Origin: an uncultured bacterium
GTDB taxonomy: Bacteria; Chloroflexota; UBA5177; JANWHV01
Reading direction: 5' to 3'
DNA length: 64,000 nt
NCBI GenBank assembly: GCA_963827235.1
Contig: CAWHAE010000014.1
Coordinates: 160,001-224,000, forward strand
Part shown: positions 1 to 10,134 of the stretch, in pieces
How positions within the stretch are numbered: the stretch's first letter is position 1
How the letters are laid out: each line of letters starts with the position of its first letter
Position numbers and translations under genes: made by a program
Notes under the pieces: model-generated
Seen by the model: the letters and a program-made list of their open reading frames with translations, nothing else
Database searches by the model: none
What the model was told of the DNA's origin: nothing

Positions 1-2
1 TT

Positions 3-974
3 TTGGTGACGAGCCCGACAGGCCGATCGTCCGTTGCCAAGCTGGACGGCGTGCCCGTGCTAAGAGCCGGGCGCATGGCCACGATCGCCTCGACTCCAAT
101 CAGCATCCGGCTTCCCTTCGAGCTGCGCCGTCTGCGCCCGGACATCGTGCACCTGCACTCGCCCTACCCGGTGGGCGAGATGTCGTCGATGCTGGCGGTA
201 CCGGGAGTACGCACTGTGATCACCTATCACAGCGATGTGGTGAGGCAACGGATCCTGCTCAGGCTTTATGGTCCGGCCTTCAAGCGCGTGCTCCGTCGGG
301 CGTCGCGTATTCTCGTGACCAGCAAGCCGTATCTCGATAGCTCTCCCTGGCTGCAACCGGTACGCGATCGCTGCCAGGTCGTGCCGCTGGGCATCGACCT
401 TGCACCCTTCGCCGCCGTGCATGGGCGGAGCGACGGCAAGACTCTGCTCTTCGTCGGCCGGTTCCGCTACTACAAGGGCCTGCAATACCTCGTCCAAGCT
501 ATGCCCATGCTGCCCGATGCGCGTCTCCTGTTGGTGGGCACCGGGCCGATGGAACAGCGCCTGCGCGACCAGGTGGACAGCCTCGGTCTCGCGCGAAGGA
601 TACAGTTCGTGCCGGGAGTCACGGACGAGCAGCTTCCGGACTATTACGCGCAGGCAGATGTGTTCGTGCTTCCGGCGTGCGAGCGCAGCGAAGCATTCGG
701 CCTGGTCCTTGCCGAGGCCTGCGCCTCCGGTCTGCCCTGCGTGAGCACCGAGCTCGGTACCGGCACCAGCTACGTAAATCAGGACGGTGCCACGGGCCTG
801 GTCGTGCCGCCTGCTCAGCCCGCCGCCCTGGCCGCCGCCTGCGGCAAGCTGCTCGCCGACGCCCGGCTGCGGAGTGATTATGGCCGCCGCGCCCGCGAGC
901 GTGCTGCCGCCCTGTTCGACATCCGTCGCGTGGCGGCAGAGGTCGCTGAAGTTTATAGGTCTCTGCGCGCCTGA
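3..974 (+). CDS. Glycosyltransferase family 4 (GT-B), 5' truncated by the window edge
   Basis: DIVHLHSPYP, LFVGRFRYYKGL and SEAFGLVLAEACASGLP (EX7E) motifs. Confidence 0.9.
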   Translation: MVTSPTGRSSVAKLDGVPVLRAGRMATIASTPISIRLPFELRRLRPDIVHLHSPYPVGEMSSMLAVPGVRTVITYHSDVVRQRILLRLYGPAFKRVLRRASRILVTSKPYLDSSPWLQPVRDRCQVVPLGIDLAPFAAVHGRSDGKTLLFVGRFRYYKGLQYLVQAMPMLPDARLLLVGTGPMEQRLRDQVDSLGLARRIQFVPGVTDEQLPDYYAQADVFVLPACERSEAFGLVLAEACASGLPCVSTELGTGTSYVNQDGATGLVVPPAQPAALAAACGKLLADARLRSDYGRRARERAAALFDIRRVAAEVAEVYRSLRA

Positions 975-1019
975 TAGCGGTGCCCGTCGCAGCACCGGCG
1001 AACTGGACCGCGGACCAGG

Positions 1020-2174
1020 TTACCTGCTGAGGAGTGTCCCCTGGACCGTCGCTTCGACGAGCGCGAAAACCAGTGGCTCGGGCACGTCGTCGCGCACGCA
1101 GACGCTCCCCGGTTCGGATGCTGGCAGAATCCAGCGTACCCGGCCGGACTTGACCTTCTTGTCGAGGGAAAGCCTCGCGTAAACCGCATCGCGCTCCAGG
1201 TCCGGTAGAGGACGCAACAGACCCAGCGCCTTCAATACGCGGTCCTGGCGCTGTACGAAGAACTCGGTCGATAGCCCGAGCGCTGCCGCCAATCGCGCCT
1301 CCATGGCCATGCCCCAGGCCACGGCCTCCCCATGGCGCACGCCATGGTAGCCGGCCTCGACCTCAAGCGCGTGACCAAGCGTGTGACCATAGTTCAGATG
1401 CATGCGCACCCCGCTCTCCCGCTCGTCCTCCTGGACGATTCGCGCTTTCACCTGTATGGCTCGCGCGAGGATTGGGCCGACGTCGAGCGAGCGCCTCCTC
1501 CAGGCTTCGGCCCGCGACTCGAGCAACGTGAACAACTCGCTGTCCGCGATCACGCCGTGTTTTACCACTTCACCCGTACCCGATACCCATTCCTCGTCGG
1601 GCAGCGTGGCAAGGAGGTCGTAGTCGATGAGCACGCGGTCCGGGTGCCTGAATGCCCCGACCAGGTTCTTGCCTTCCGGCAGATCCACGCCAACCTTGCC
1701 GCCAATGCTGCTGTCGACCTGCGACACGACGGTGGTCGGGATCTGGATCAGCCTGATGCCGCGCATGTATGTGGCGGCGACGAAGCCGAAGAGATCGCCG
1801 GGCACGCCGCCGCCCAGCGCTACCAGCACGTCGTGCCGCTCCACGCCATGCCGCGCGAGCTCTCCAAGGGCGTAACCGACGTTGGCAAGGGTCTTGTTCT
1901 GTTCGCCCGCCGGGATCACCACCATCACCGGCTCGTAGCCTGCCGCGGCCAGCATCGATTGCAGGCTCGCGCCGGCAATGCGCAGGACCGTGTCGTCCGT
2001 GCCGACAACCACTCTTCTGGGCGGTCCTCCGGGCAGACTATCCACGAGCTTTCCGGCACGGGCCAGCAAGCCGGAACCCGCGAACACCTCGGAGCGGGCG
2101 TTCAATTGGTAGCCGAGCACAAAACTCGGCTGGCCGCTGACGCCGCTATCTTTGAGGTTTTGGCCTTGACTCAT
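1020..2174 (-). CDS. aroB: 3-dehydroquinate synthase
   Basis: GEQNKT, ALGGGVPGDL, IPTT..QVDSSIGGKVG, GKNLVGAF, LNYGHTLGHALE, HGEAVA. Confidence 0.97.
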   Translation of the reverse strand: MSQGQNLKDSGVSGQPSFVLGYQLNARSEVFAGSGLLARAGKLVDSLPGGPPRRVVVGTDDTVLRIAGASLQSMLAAAGYEPVMVVIPAGEQNKTLANVGYALGELARHGVERHDVLVALGGGVPGDLFGFVAATYMRGIRLIQIPTTVVSQVDSSIGGKVGVDLPEGKNLVGAFRHPDRVLIDYDLLATLPDEEWVSGTGEVVKHGVIADSELFTLLESRAEAWRRRSLDVGPILARAIQVKARIVQEDERESGVRMHLNYGHTLGHALEVEAGYHGVRHGEAVAWGMAMEARLAAALGLSTEFFVQRQDRVLKALGLLRPLPDLERDAVYARLSLDKKVKSGRVRWILPASEPGSVCVRDDVPEPLVFALVEATVQGTLLSR

Positions 2175-2722
2175 CGTACGTCCTTTCCGAGGCGATCCAG
2201 GCGCGATATATGCCGGCGAGGTCCGCGGCTATCTTGCGTGAGCCTAGGCGCGAGCCTTCGGGCACCATGCAGCGCACATGGGCCGCGGCGCGATAGAATG
2301 ACTGGCGTTCCCGACTGATCTGTCGCAGGCGAGCGGTGAGATCATCGGACCGGAGCAACGGTCTCTCTTCGCCGTCTGCGTGACCGTCTAGCCGCTTGAC
2401 GAGCACGGCAATCGGCACGTCAAGCCAGACCACCATGTTCTCCGCCCGCATACAGGCACGATTCTCAGCGCGAAGCACTGCACCGCCGCCTGTGGCAATC
2501 ACGGCTTGCCCTGCGCAGCTGCTGGCCACCATGGCAGACTCCATCCGCCTGAACTCATCCTCACCCAGGCGATCGAAGATTCTCAGCCACCTGCAACTGA
2601 GTCCGCATCTCTATCTCCCTGTCCGTGTCCACGAACGGCAACCGCAGTCGCGTCGCGAGCAGTCGTCCCACCGTGCTTTTCCCGCTGCCGCTCAGCCCAA
2701 CCAGCACGACGGAGCCGCTCAC
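2146..2722 (-). CDS. aroK: Shikimate kinase with one frameshift at ~2580 (sequencing error or pseudogene)
   Basis: N-half [14 protein letters not shown] and C-half [26 protein letters not shown] lie in different frames; GCT GAG A ATC TTC has one extra A; GTG start overlaps the aroE stop (GTGA). Confidence 0.92.
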
Positions 2723-3624
2723 GTCTCGACCTCTGACGGCGACGGCGCCGTCCCCAAGGATGCCGCCCGTCGCACGCTCAGCGCCTGCGTCGCAGCGGCA
2801 AACATTGCCTCCTCCGGGGCTTGCAGGCCAGTCCACAGCGTGAACGACGCCGCCGCCTGGTACACGAGCATGCGTAGACCGTCCTCAGCCGGCAATCCTC
2901 GAGCACGCGCTTTGCGCACCAGAGGAGTGGCGTCGGGACCATAGACGAGGTCGAATACCCTCGCTGTGCCGGGCAGCTTCGCTAGCGACACGGGGACGCT
3001 CGATCCGTCCAACCCGACGCTGGTTGCGTTGACGAGCAGCGTCGTCTCCGACAAGGATAGGTCTAGATCGGCGGCCACGGTGACCACCGTGCCGTCGACC
3101 GAAAGGAGTGCCGAAAGAGAATCGCAGAGAGCCAGGCCGCGCGCTGGCGTGCGATTCCAGATCGCCAGCTGCCTGACGCCTGCGTCGATAAGGCCCACGG
3201 CCACGCCCCGAGAGGCTCCGCCGGCGCCGAGCAGCAGCACGCGCTCCCGTTCCGGCTCGAACGCCAGGCTCTCCCCGAGACAACGCACCACCGCCGGCGC
3301 GTCGGTGTTGTCGCCCACTAGCTGGCCGTCGGCTTTGAAGATCGTGTTCACTGCGTTGATCCGGCCGGCCAGATCAGTGACCCGATCGACCAGAGACTGG
3401 ATGGCAGGCTTGTGCGGCAGAGTGACGTTGGCGCCCAGATAGTGCTCACCGCGCAACTCCTGTACCGCGCTGGCAAGCTCGTCTGTGATCACTTCCTGGG
3501 CGAGATATTCCATGCGGATGCCCAGGGCTTTGGCGGCAGCGTGGTGCATGGCCGGCGAGACGCTATGCCCCAGAGGGTAACCGAATAATCTGACCTTGAA
3601 AGGCTGCGTTACCTTCACGCTCAC
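2719..3624 (-). CDS. aroE: Shikimate dehydrogenase
   Basis: [60 protein letters not shown]. Confidence 0.96.
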   Translation of the reverse strand: MSVKVTQPFKVRLFGYPLGHSVSPAMHHAAAKALGIRMEYLAQEVITDELASAVQELRGEHYLGANVTLPHKPAIQSLVDRVTDLAGRINAVNTIFKADGQLVGDNTDAPAVVRCLGESLAFEPERERVLLLGAGGASRGVAVGLIDAGVRQLAIWNRTPARGLALCDSLSALLSVDGTVVTVAADLDLSLSETTLLVNATSVGLDGSSVPVSLAKLPGTARVFDLVYGPDATPLVRKARARGLPAEDGLRMLVYQAAASFTLWTGLQAPEEAMFAAATQALSVRRAASLGTAPSPSEVET

Positions 3625-4295
3625 GTCGCACTCACCAATGCGTCACTATCCGGCGGGTTACAACCGCTACGACGCCCGGACAAGCGTCGGACTCACAAAA
3701 TCGGGAGTCGTCCCGCCGAGCGGGATTGCCAGGCCAGCGATCTACCGTAGCGGGTGCCCGTCAGAGAGGCGGCGGCGCCTCACTAGTGGAACACAACTCC
3801 GCGGATGCCGTCGACCGGATACCGCCGCACACCGGCCCACCCGATACACCACCGCCGGCTCTGGCCAGCATCCCTCAGCGGCCCCGCGGAGCAGACCCGT
3901 TACATGGCAGCTCCTGAGCATGTCAGCAGGCGTCACGCGTGGCACCGCACGGGAATCTCATGTCCGCCGCGGAGAGGCCCGGAGCACACCCGGCAATGTG
4001 CTCAGTATATCGTGCCCGCCGCCCCGTTCGAAGCAGCATGGCGCCAAGGATTATCGCGGTCACGGCTTTCCGATGTCCAGAGCAGCGCACGCTCCCCCCG
4101 GACCTGTGCGCCCCTGCGCCCTTGCCGTGGAGACGGCTCAGCGTGCCGGGCGAGCGCAATGGCGGGCAAATTGAGAAAACGTCCCTGAACGAGGTAGTGC
4201 TGTGTTCCACCGAAGAGTGATGTGTAGCCACGGTGACTGTGATAGAACGATCATCAGGCCGAGTCGATCAGCGCCAAGGACAGGGTAGTTGACAG

Positions 4296-4553
4296 ATGAA
4301 CTCCATGGGTATGCGTCGGTATGACGTCGGCACTCAAGCCGACGCGCACAGCGTCCAGGACATCTTTGAGCGGCTAAGCGTGGGCGTCAACGATCAGCAC
4401 TGGCGGCAGCAGGTGGACATCCTGCGCATTCGCGGATACGGCGTGTTCGATCTACGCATTGCAGGAAGCGGAGACGTCGAGATCATTAGCCCTGATTGCC
4501 AGAACTGGTGGCAGATCCGCGTGGACGACGACGGCTGCTGGCGACTGCACTGA
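4296..4553 (+). CDS. Small hypothetical protein (85 aa)
   Basis: Globular-looking composition unlike the Arg/Pro-rich shadow ORFs; sits alone in an intergenic gap. Confidence 0.55.
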   Translation: MNSMGMRRYDVGTQADAHSVQDIFERLSVGVNDQHWRQQVDILRIRGYGVFDLRIAGSGDVEIISPDCQNWWQIRVDDDGCWRLH

Positions 4554-4718
4554 GCGGCGGCGGCAGACACTGCTCCTCGGTACCGGCGTTGGCCACGGCC
4601 GGCGTGAGGTACCTCTACCGGCGGCTGCAAGCCGCCTTCCATTGAAGGCTGCGCGCGTGGGCAGCCTGGCGATACCCGTCACTACTTAATGGAGTCGGCG
4701 GAAAGCCCGCAGGCCGGC

Positions 4719-5477
4719 TCAAGCGTGCCGGAGCAGGAAGTCCAGCACGACGGGACCTACTAGGTCTCTGTGCGTAAACTGTACAGTCCGTCCAGCGTTG
4801 TTCACCACCAGCAACTCCGCGCGCGGAATGCTTCTCCTCAAGGTTAGCCCCTGATCGAGAGTCGCTACGGGGTCATTCTCGCCCACGATCAGCAGTGTTG
4901 GCGCCTGCAGACTGGCAAGATCGTCCGTTGTAAGGCCCGTGCCCTTCAGCTCGTTTTCGTGCACCTGCTTTTGAAGGATCCGCCAGTAGCCCGGCCACTT
5001 GTTCGTGTCGTGAATCTGCACCATCTCGGTCAGCCAGGCTGGCTGGGTATGCTCGATGGTTTCGGCGTTCTCTCTCTCAAGCACTTCACGAGCGCCCGAC
5101 TCGATGCTGATATGCGGACCGACGCAGATCAGCGAGCGAATCAGCTCGGGTGAAGACAGAGCCAGGTGGAGCAGCGCAATGCCTCCGTCGCCGATACCCG
5201 CGCAGTGCAGTGGGGCACAGTCGAGCCGTGCGATGAAAGCACGCAAGTCGTCGGCAAGCACGGCATAGGACAAATCCTTGCGAGGATTGTTCGTCCGTCC
5301 GTGTCCCCGCATCTCCGCAAAGATCGAGCGGTGCTGCTTTGACAGCACCGGCCGCAGCCTGCCCCATCCGCGCTGGCCGTCGATTGCGCCGGTTCCACCG
5401 TGCAGCAGAAGCAGCGGCGTGCCACCGCCGACTTCTTCAAAATACATTTGAATGTCGCTGACATTGAGATAAGGCAT
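4719..5477 (-). CDS. Alpha/beta-hydrolase fold protein lacking catalytic Ser and His
   Basis: PLLLLHGG, EMRGHGRT and PTLLIVGEND motifs; nucleophile elbow reads GIGDGG and His loop reads AGRTVQ; GGAGG precedes ATG 5477. Confidence 0.85.
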   Translation of the reverse strand: MPYLNVSDIQMYFEEVGGGTPLLLLHGGTGAIDGQRGWGRLRPVLSKQHRSIFAEMRGHGRTNNPRKDLSYAVLADDLRAFIARLDCAPLHCAGIGDGGIALLHLALSSPELIRSLICVGPHISIESGAREVLERENAETIEHTQPAWLTEMVQIHDTNKWPGYWRILQKQVHENELKGTGLTTDDLASLQAPTLLIVGENDPVATLDQGLTLRRSIPRAELLVVNNAGRTVQFTHRDLVGPVVLDFLLRHA

Positions 5478-5864
5478 AACGATCCTCCGCATTTTGTACA
5501 GCATGGCACCGGGCCGCGGCGCACAGTGCAAGCTGGCTAGCCCCGGAAGGCCCGGCCATCCTGCCACCCCAGCCTTCGACTGGGTGACTCGACGCGCGGC
5601 GGCAGTATCGATATCTCAGGTTTCAGTGCGCTTGGCAGACCCGGTCACACCATTGCCGGCCGGACCGGCTCGCCTCACGGCGAGCGTCCTAGTCGCCGAT
5701 TACCTCGAAAGTTCTCGCTTTCATCATCATCCCGGCGCGCCAGGGCGCGGTCGTTCGTATGATACGCTCTGGAGCCCGCCCTTGTGGTCGTACCACCAAT
5801 TGCGCGGCGCGCATGGTACCAGCAAGCCTCCGCCCGCCCTGCTTAGCCCACGGCGCCGCTCGAG

Positions 5865-6722
5865 TCAGCTGGCATCATGGCAGATCTGTGCAAGGGAGGG
5901 ACCAAGGTACGCTTGCGCCGCCCGCAGGGCGCCGATGCGAGCTTCCAGTCCGGAGGCCTGCATGGTGGCTGACAGGCCGACGACGACAGGACCCCGGAAA
6001 CCGGCGCGTGCTAGCTCCGACAGGCAGTCCACCCACCTGACTCGCGGCGACGAGCTGTCGCCGCTGTCTCCCTGGGCGCCGACTGACGGGCCGAAGTACG
6101 CCCATTCGTCGGCCGCACCGACGCGGCCCACGTTGGCGCCCAGCAGCGCAGCCGTTTCGACCTCGTCGAGACCCCGCTGCACCAGGTGGTAAGGCACGAG
6201 GCTCACCATGGTGGATGCGCCGGGCACGGATCCGCCCAGAGGGTGCAACCCGCCGAGCGTTTCATCAGGCTTGCCGTCCGACGTCGACCGCCTGCTGTCG
6301 CCGAATTGCTCTGCCTCCAGGTACAGGGCAATAGATCGCCGCGTCGCATACTTCACGAGCTCGACGATCTCTACGACCGATCCCGCATCGAGGGCGACGT
6401 ACGGAAGCTCAAGCGCGGCCGCGGCGTCCACGAGAGCACGCCAATGCTCCGGCGGTATCCTGGCATCATCATGCAAGCTGCGGTGGCAGGCGCGCATACA
6501 GGCCAGCCCCGAGAGCACGACCCGCTGCCTTCCCGTTAGCTCGCGAATGCGCCGGGCGGAATGGGCATTGAACTCGGCGACGTCGACATGCGTCGCCTGC
6601 CGAGACGCGCCTCTCGGCCAGCACTGGACCTCGAGCGCCGGATACCCGACACGCGCGGCCAGAGACATCGCCTCGGCGAGCGACAGCTCGGGGACGGCGG
6701 CCGACGAGAAGCTGAGCTGCAT
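5865..6722 (-). CDS. Degenerate sugar phosphate isomerase/epimerase (xylose-isomerase-like TIM barrel)
   Basis: Collinear with the 59317..60231 protein (MQL.F.S, EV.CWPRG, TH.DV, V.W..L..AG..GPV) but most metal ligands are missing. Confidence 0.75.
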   Translation of the reverse strand: MQLSFSSAAVPELSLAEAMSLAARVGYPALEVQCWPRGASRQATHVDVAEFNAHSARRIRELTGRQRVVLSGLACMRACHRSLHDDARIPPEHWRALVDAAAALELPYVALDAGSVVEIVELVKYATRRSIALYLEAEQFGDSRRSTSDGKPDETLGGLHPLGGSVPGASTMVSLVPYHLVQRGLDEVETAALLGANVGRVGAADEWAYFGPSVGAQGDSGDSSSPRVRWVDCLSELARAGFRGPVVVGLSATMQASGLEARIGALRAAQAYLGPSLAQICHDAS

Positions 6723-6772
6723 GGTTGGTCTCCCAGGTGCCGGCGAGCTCGCCGGGAGGAGCCGGCACGCCC

Positions 6773-6817
6773 CCACGTGAGTATCGCCGGTATATCGTAC
6801 CAGCGATACTCACGTGG
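6773..6817 (-). terminator. Long stem-loop (20-bp stem) after the ybaK-like gene; terminator or mRNA stabiliser without a U-tract
   Basis: CCACGTGAGTATCGC-c-GGTA-tatcg-TACC-a-GCGATACTCACGTGG; the mismatch becomes a U-G pair on the minus strand. Confidence 0.6.
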
Positions 6818-6852
6818 AGCCATGTAATTCGGGACTGTCGTGCGGAGTCTCC

Positions 6853-7353
6853 TTACCCGGAGGTCCCGGACTGGAGCGCGAAGTTGCCGGTATTGGGTTT
6901 CTCCAGTCGCATGTAGTCTGCCGTCGCCAGGATGACCGACGTGGTTCTGCTGCCCGCGTTGAAGGCGATACGAGCCTGTTCGAGCAGCCGCTCGTCCACG
7001 AAGGTGGCAAGACCAAACAGATGGCCGAACGGTGGCACCGCCCCTACTTCGAGCCCGAACCGCTGCAGGAGATCGCCGGCGTCGATCATGCGCAGATTCT
7101 TCACACCAAGCGCCCGCTTGACGCCGCGCGTATCCACGCGCAGGTTGGCCGGAAGGACCAGCAGCAGCATGCGATCGTCAGCCTGGAACACCAGCGCCTT
7201 GGCACCCTGCTCCATAGTCGTGCCGCGCACCTTCGCCGCTTCGGCGCTGGTACGCACAGGCTCATGGTGAAAGACCTCGAAGCTGGCGCCCTCAGCCGTC
7301 AGGAGCGCGATAAGACGGTCCGACGGAGATTCGCTCTCTTGCAGGCTTCCCAT
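6853..7353 (-). CDS. YbaK/ProXp-type aminoacyl-tRNA trans-editing domain protein
   Basis: HEPVRTSAEAA..RG, GAKALV, GAVPPFG, FNAGSRTTS. Confidence 0.85.
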   Translation of the reverse strand: MGSLQESESPSDRLIALLTAEGASFEVFHHEPVRTSAEAAKVRGTTMEQGAKALVFQADDRMLLLVLPANLRVDTRGVKRALGVKNLRMIDAGDLLQRFGLEVGAVPPFGHLFGLATFVDERLLEQARIAFNAGSRTTSVILATADYMRLEKPNTGNFALQSGTSG

Positions 7354-7362
7354 GCCAAGCTC

Positions 7363-9264
7363 TCAAAAGTACCGCTGCTTGGTGCGCGCCTGCTCGTACT
7401 CGTGCCGGGCCTGCTTCACAGCGGGCTGGTCCGATATCTCGGCGACCGGTACGTCCCACCACCCTTCGTAGCCGGGCACGCGTGCGTCGACGTCCACGGG
7501 CACGTGGATGACCACGGTCTGCGTGCTGCGCGACGCGTGCTCCAGTGCCTCACGCAAGGCCGTCGGCGTGGACGCGAGATAGCCGGTTGCACCCAGGCTT
7601 TCCGCGTTCTTCACGAAGTCGATAGGCACGAAGCTGCCCTCCAGACGGCCGGTCGCAGGGTTGCGGTAGCGCATCTCGTTGCTGAACGATGGTGAGCCAA
7701 GCGACTCCTGAAGGGAGCGGATGCACTGGAAACCGCCGTTGTCCAGCACCACGATAGTGAGCTTGTGACCTTCCTGCAGCGAGGTCACGATCTCGGTGTG
7801 CAGCATCAAGTAGCTTCCGTCGCCGACCATGACGTAGACTTCGCGCGAGGGATCTGCCATCTTGACTCCATGGCCGCCCGCGATCTCGTAGCCCATGCAC
7901 GAGTAGCCATATTCGACGTGGTAGCCCTTGACGTCGCTCGTCCGCCACAGCTTGTGCAGGTCGCCGGGCAGCCCGCCCGACGCGCAGACCACAACATCGG
8001 TAGGTCGCGCAACGTCGTTGACAATGCCAATTACCTGAGCCTGGGTGAGGTGCTTGTCGTCAGCGATTTCGCGCTGCAGATCCACTGCCTTGTTCCAGAT
8101 CTGCTTCAGGTCTGCTACCTCCGAGCCATAGCACTCGTCCGTGTGGTAGCCGCTTTCGCGCAGGGCAGCCGCGAGCACTTCAAGCGTGCTGCGGGCGTCA
8201 CCCACCAGCGGGAATGCGCTGTGCTTTGAGGCGTCCATGCCGGTCACGTTCATGCCGAGGAAGGTGACCTCCGGATTCTGGAATGCTGTCTTGGAGGCCG
8301 TGGTGAAGTCGCTGAGTCGGGTGCCCACGGCGATCACCAGATCCGCGGCGGCCGCCAACCGGTTGCCGGCGATGCCGCCGGTGGAGCCGACCGGTCCGGC
8401 CATCCAGGGATGGTCCCACGCCAGGGCACCCTTACCAGCCTGTGTCTCCACCACCGGGATGCCGCAAACGCGCGTGAGTGTGTCGAGTGCCGTCGAAGCC
8501 TCGGAATAGAGAACTCCGCCGCCGGCCACGATCAAGGGCCGCTTCGAGGCGCGGATGCGTTCGACCGCTTCGGCGACCGCCGTGGCCGCCGGAAGGGGTC
8601 TGAATACTCGGTGCAGGCACTGCCGGAAGAACGCGGAGGGGTAGTCGTATGCCATGGTCTGCACGTCCTCGGGAAGCGCGATGGTAACCGCGCCTGTTTC
8701 CGCCGGGTCGAGGAGCACGCGCATCGCCTCCGGCAGACTCGTCAGTATTTGCTCCGGCCGCGTGATGCGATCCCAGTAGCGCGATACCGGCCTGAAGGCA
8801 TCGTTGACGCTGACGTCCTGGCCGCCAAAATACTCGAGCTGCTGCAGGACGGGATGTGGAACGCGGCTGGCAAAGGTGTCACCGGGCAACAGCAGGACGG
8901 GAATCCGGTTCACCGTGGCTCCAGCGGCGCCGGTAATCATGTTCGTGGCGCCGGGACCCACGGACGACGTGCAGGCTATGATCTGCAGGCGGTTCTTCAT
9001 GCGCGCGTAGGCTGTCGCGGTATGCACCATCGCCTGCTCATTGCGCCCCTGGTAGAACGGCAGCCCTTCGCCCACTTCCTCCAACGCCTGGCCCAGTCCG
9101 GATACCACACCGTGTCCGAATATGCCGAATACACCCGCCACCATCCGTTGCGTCTTCCCGTCGCGCTCCACGTACTGTTGCGCCAAGAAGCGCACGATTG
9201 CCTGTGCGGCAGTCATTCGAAGCGTCGTGTTTGCCGGCGTCATTGTGCTGCTCACCACGTCCAT
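7363..9264 (-). CDS. iolD: 3D-(3,5/4)-trihydroxycyclohexane-1,2-dione acylhydrolase (ThDP-dependent)
   Basis: GIFGHG, NEQAMVH, SSVGPGATNM, HVEYGYSCMGYE, GDGSYLM, WWDVPVAE. Confidence 0.97.
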   Translation of the reverse strand: MDVVSSTMTPANTTLRMTAAQAIVRFLAQQYVERDGKTQRMVAGVFGIFGHGVVSGLGQALEEVGEGLPFYQGRNEQAMVHTATAYARMKNRLQIIACTSSVGPGATNMITGAAGATVNRIPVLLLPGDTFASRVPHPVLQQLEYFGGQDVSVNDAFRPVSRYWDRITRPEQILTSLPEAMRVLLDPAETGAVTIALPEDVQTMAYDYPSAFFRQCLHRVFRPLPAATAVAEAVERIRASKRPLIVAGGGVLYSEASTALDTLTRVCGIPVVETQAGKGALAWDHPWMAGPVGSTGGIAGNRLAAAADLVIAVGTRLSDFTTASKTAFQNPEVTFLGMNVTGMDASKHSAFPLVGDARSTLEVLAAALRESGYHTDECYGSEVADLKQIWNKAVDLQREIADDKHLTQAQVIGIVNDVARPTDVVVCASGGLPGDLHKLWRTSDVKGYHVEYGYSCMGYEIAGGHGVKMADPSREVYVMVGDGSYLMLHTEIVTSLQEGHKLTIVVLDNGGFQCIRSLQESLGSPSFSNEMRYRNPATGRLEGSFVPIDFVKNAESLGATGYLASTPTALREALEHASRSTQTVVIHVPVDVDARVPGYEGWWDVPVAEISDQPAVKQARHEYEQARTKQRYF

Positions 9265-10073
9265 CCCTCCATGATCCAGGCGTGACTCGGATCGAAGCCC
9301 ATGCGAAGCGCCCGCCTCGGCCCGGCCAGCACGTTGAGATAGTAGACCTGGTACTCCGCTGCTGCCGCCACCACATGGTAGCCGCGCGGCACGAGCACCA
9401 GATCGCCGTCGCGCACGGTCATCGTCTCATCTAGCTCGCCATCTGCCGTATACACTCGCTGAAAGGCGAATCCCTGCGCGGGCTTGATGCAAAAGTAGTA
9501 CGTTTCCTCAAGCTGCGACTCCTGCGGAAGGTTGTCGACGTCGTGCTTGTGAGGAGGATAGCTCGACCAGTTGCCGGCCGGGCTCTGGACCTCGGTGACC
9601 AGCAAGGAAGAGGCATGCGCGTCCTCCATGAGAATGTTGTTGATCGTTCGCGCCGACTGACCCGAACCCCTTGCACGCGTTGAAACCTCACCTGGCGTGA
9701 TCAGCCGGGCCGGTAGCGTATCGAGAGCTGGCGCTGCACAGATGCCGATCTGGGCGTCCGTGTGGGCCACGATCTCGTATTGCCTGCCGGCAGGCAGATA
9801 GACGGCGAACGGAGCGCCGGAGAAAGGATCGAGGCGCTCGCCGATCCTCGTCCAGGTGTCGGTCCCCGCTCTGACCGATACGATGCCGGAGATGACGACG
9901 AGCGCCACCTCGTCGGCTCCCGTCTCGTCTGCGTAGTGCCCATCCTGAATCAGGCGCACCGCCTGGAAACCCACGTAGTTCAGACTCGTCTTCCTCGGCA
10001 CCGCCACCACGATACCCTGGGATACCGATTCCCCTCGTCGGCAGAGTCCGCCGCGCCATTGCACAACGTCCAC
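9252..10073 (-). CDS. iolB: 5-deoxy-glucuronate isomerase
   Basis: GNWSSYPPHKHD, LEETYY, FQRVY, VPRGYH, YYLNVLAG; GTG start chosen after AGGAGG. Confidence 0.95.
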   Translation of the reverse strand: MDVVQWRGGLCRRGESVSQGIVVAVPRKTSLNYVGFQAVRLIQDGHYADETGADEVALVVISGIVSVRAGTDTWTRIGERLDPFSGAPFAVYLPAGRQYEIVAHTDAQIGICAAPALDTLPARLITPGEVSTRARGSGQSARTINNILMEDAHASSLLVTEVQSPAGNWSSYPPHKHDVDNLPQESQLEETYYFCIKPAQGFAFQRVYTADGELDETMTVRDGDLVLVPRGYHVVAAAAEYQVYYLNVLAGPRRALRMGFDPSHAWIMEGWTW

Positions 10074-10134
10074 TATTGACCCTCCTATACCTTCGCTTCC
10101 CACTTGCTGCTCAGTCGCCGGCAGCCGGCTATGC

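Noticed and set aside
3937-3948. GCGTGGCACCGC resembles a T-box core near the aro genes
   Set aside because: It is on the + strand while aroEKB are on the - strand; no stem I or terminator seen
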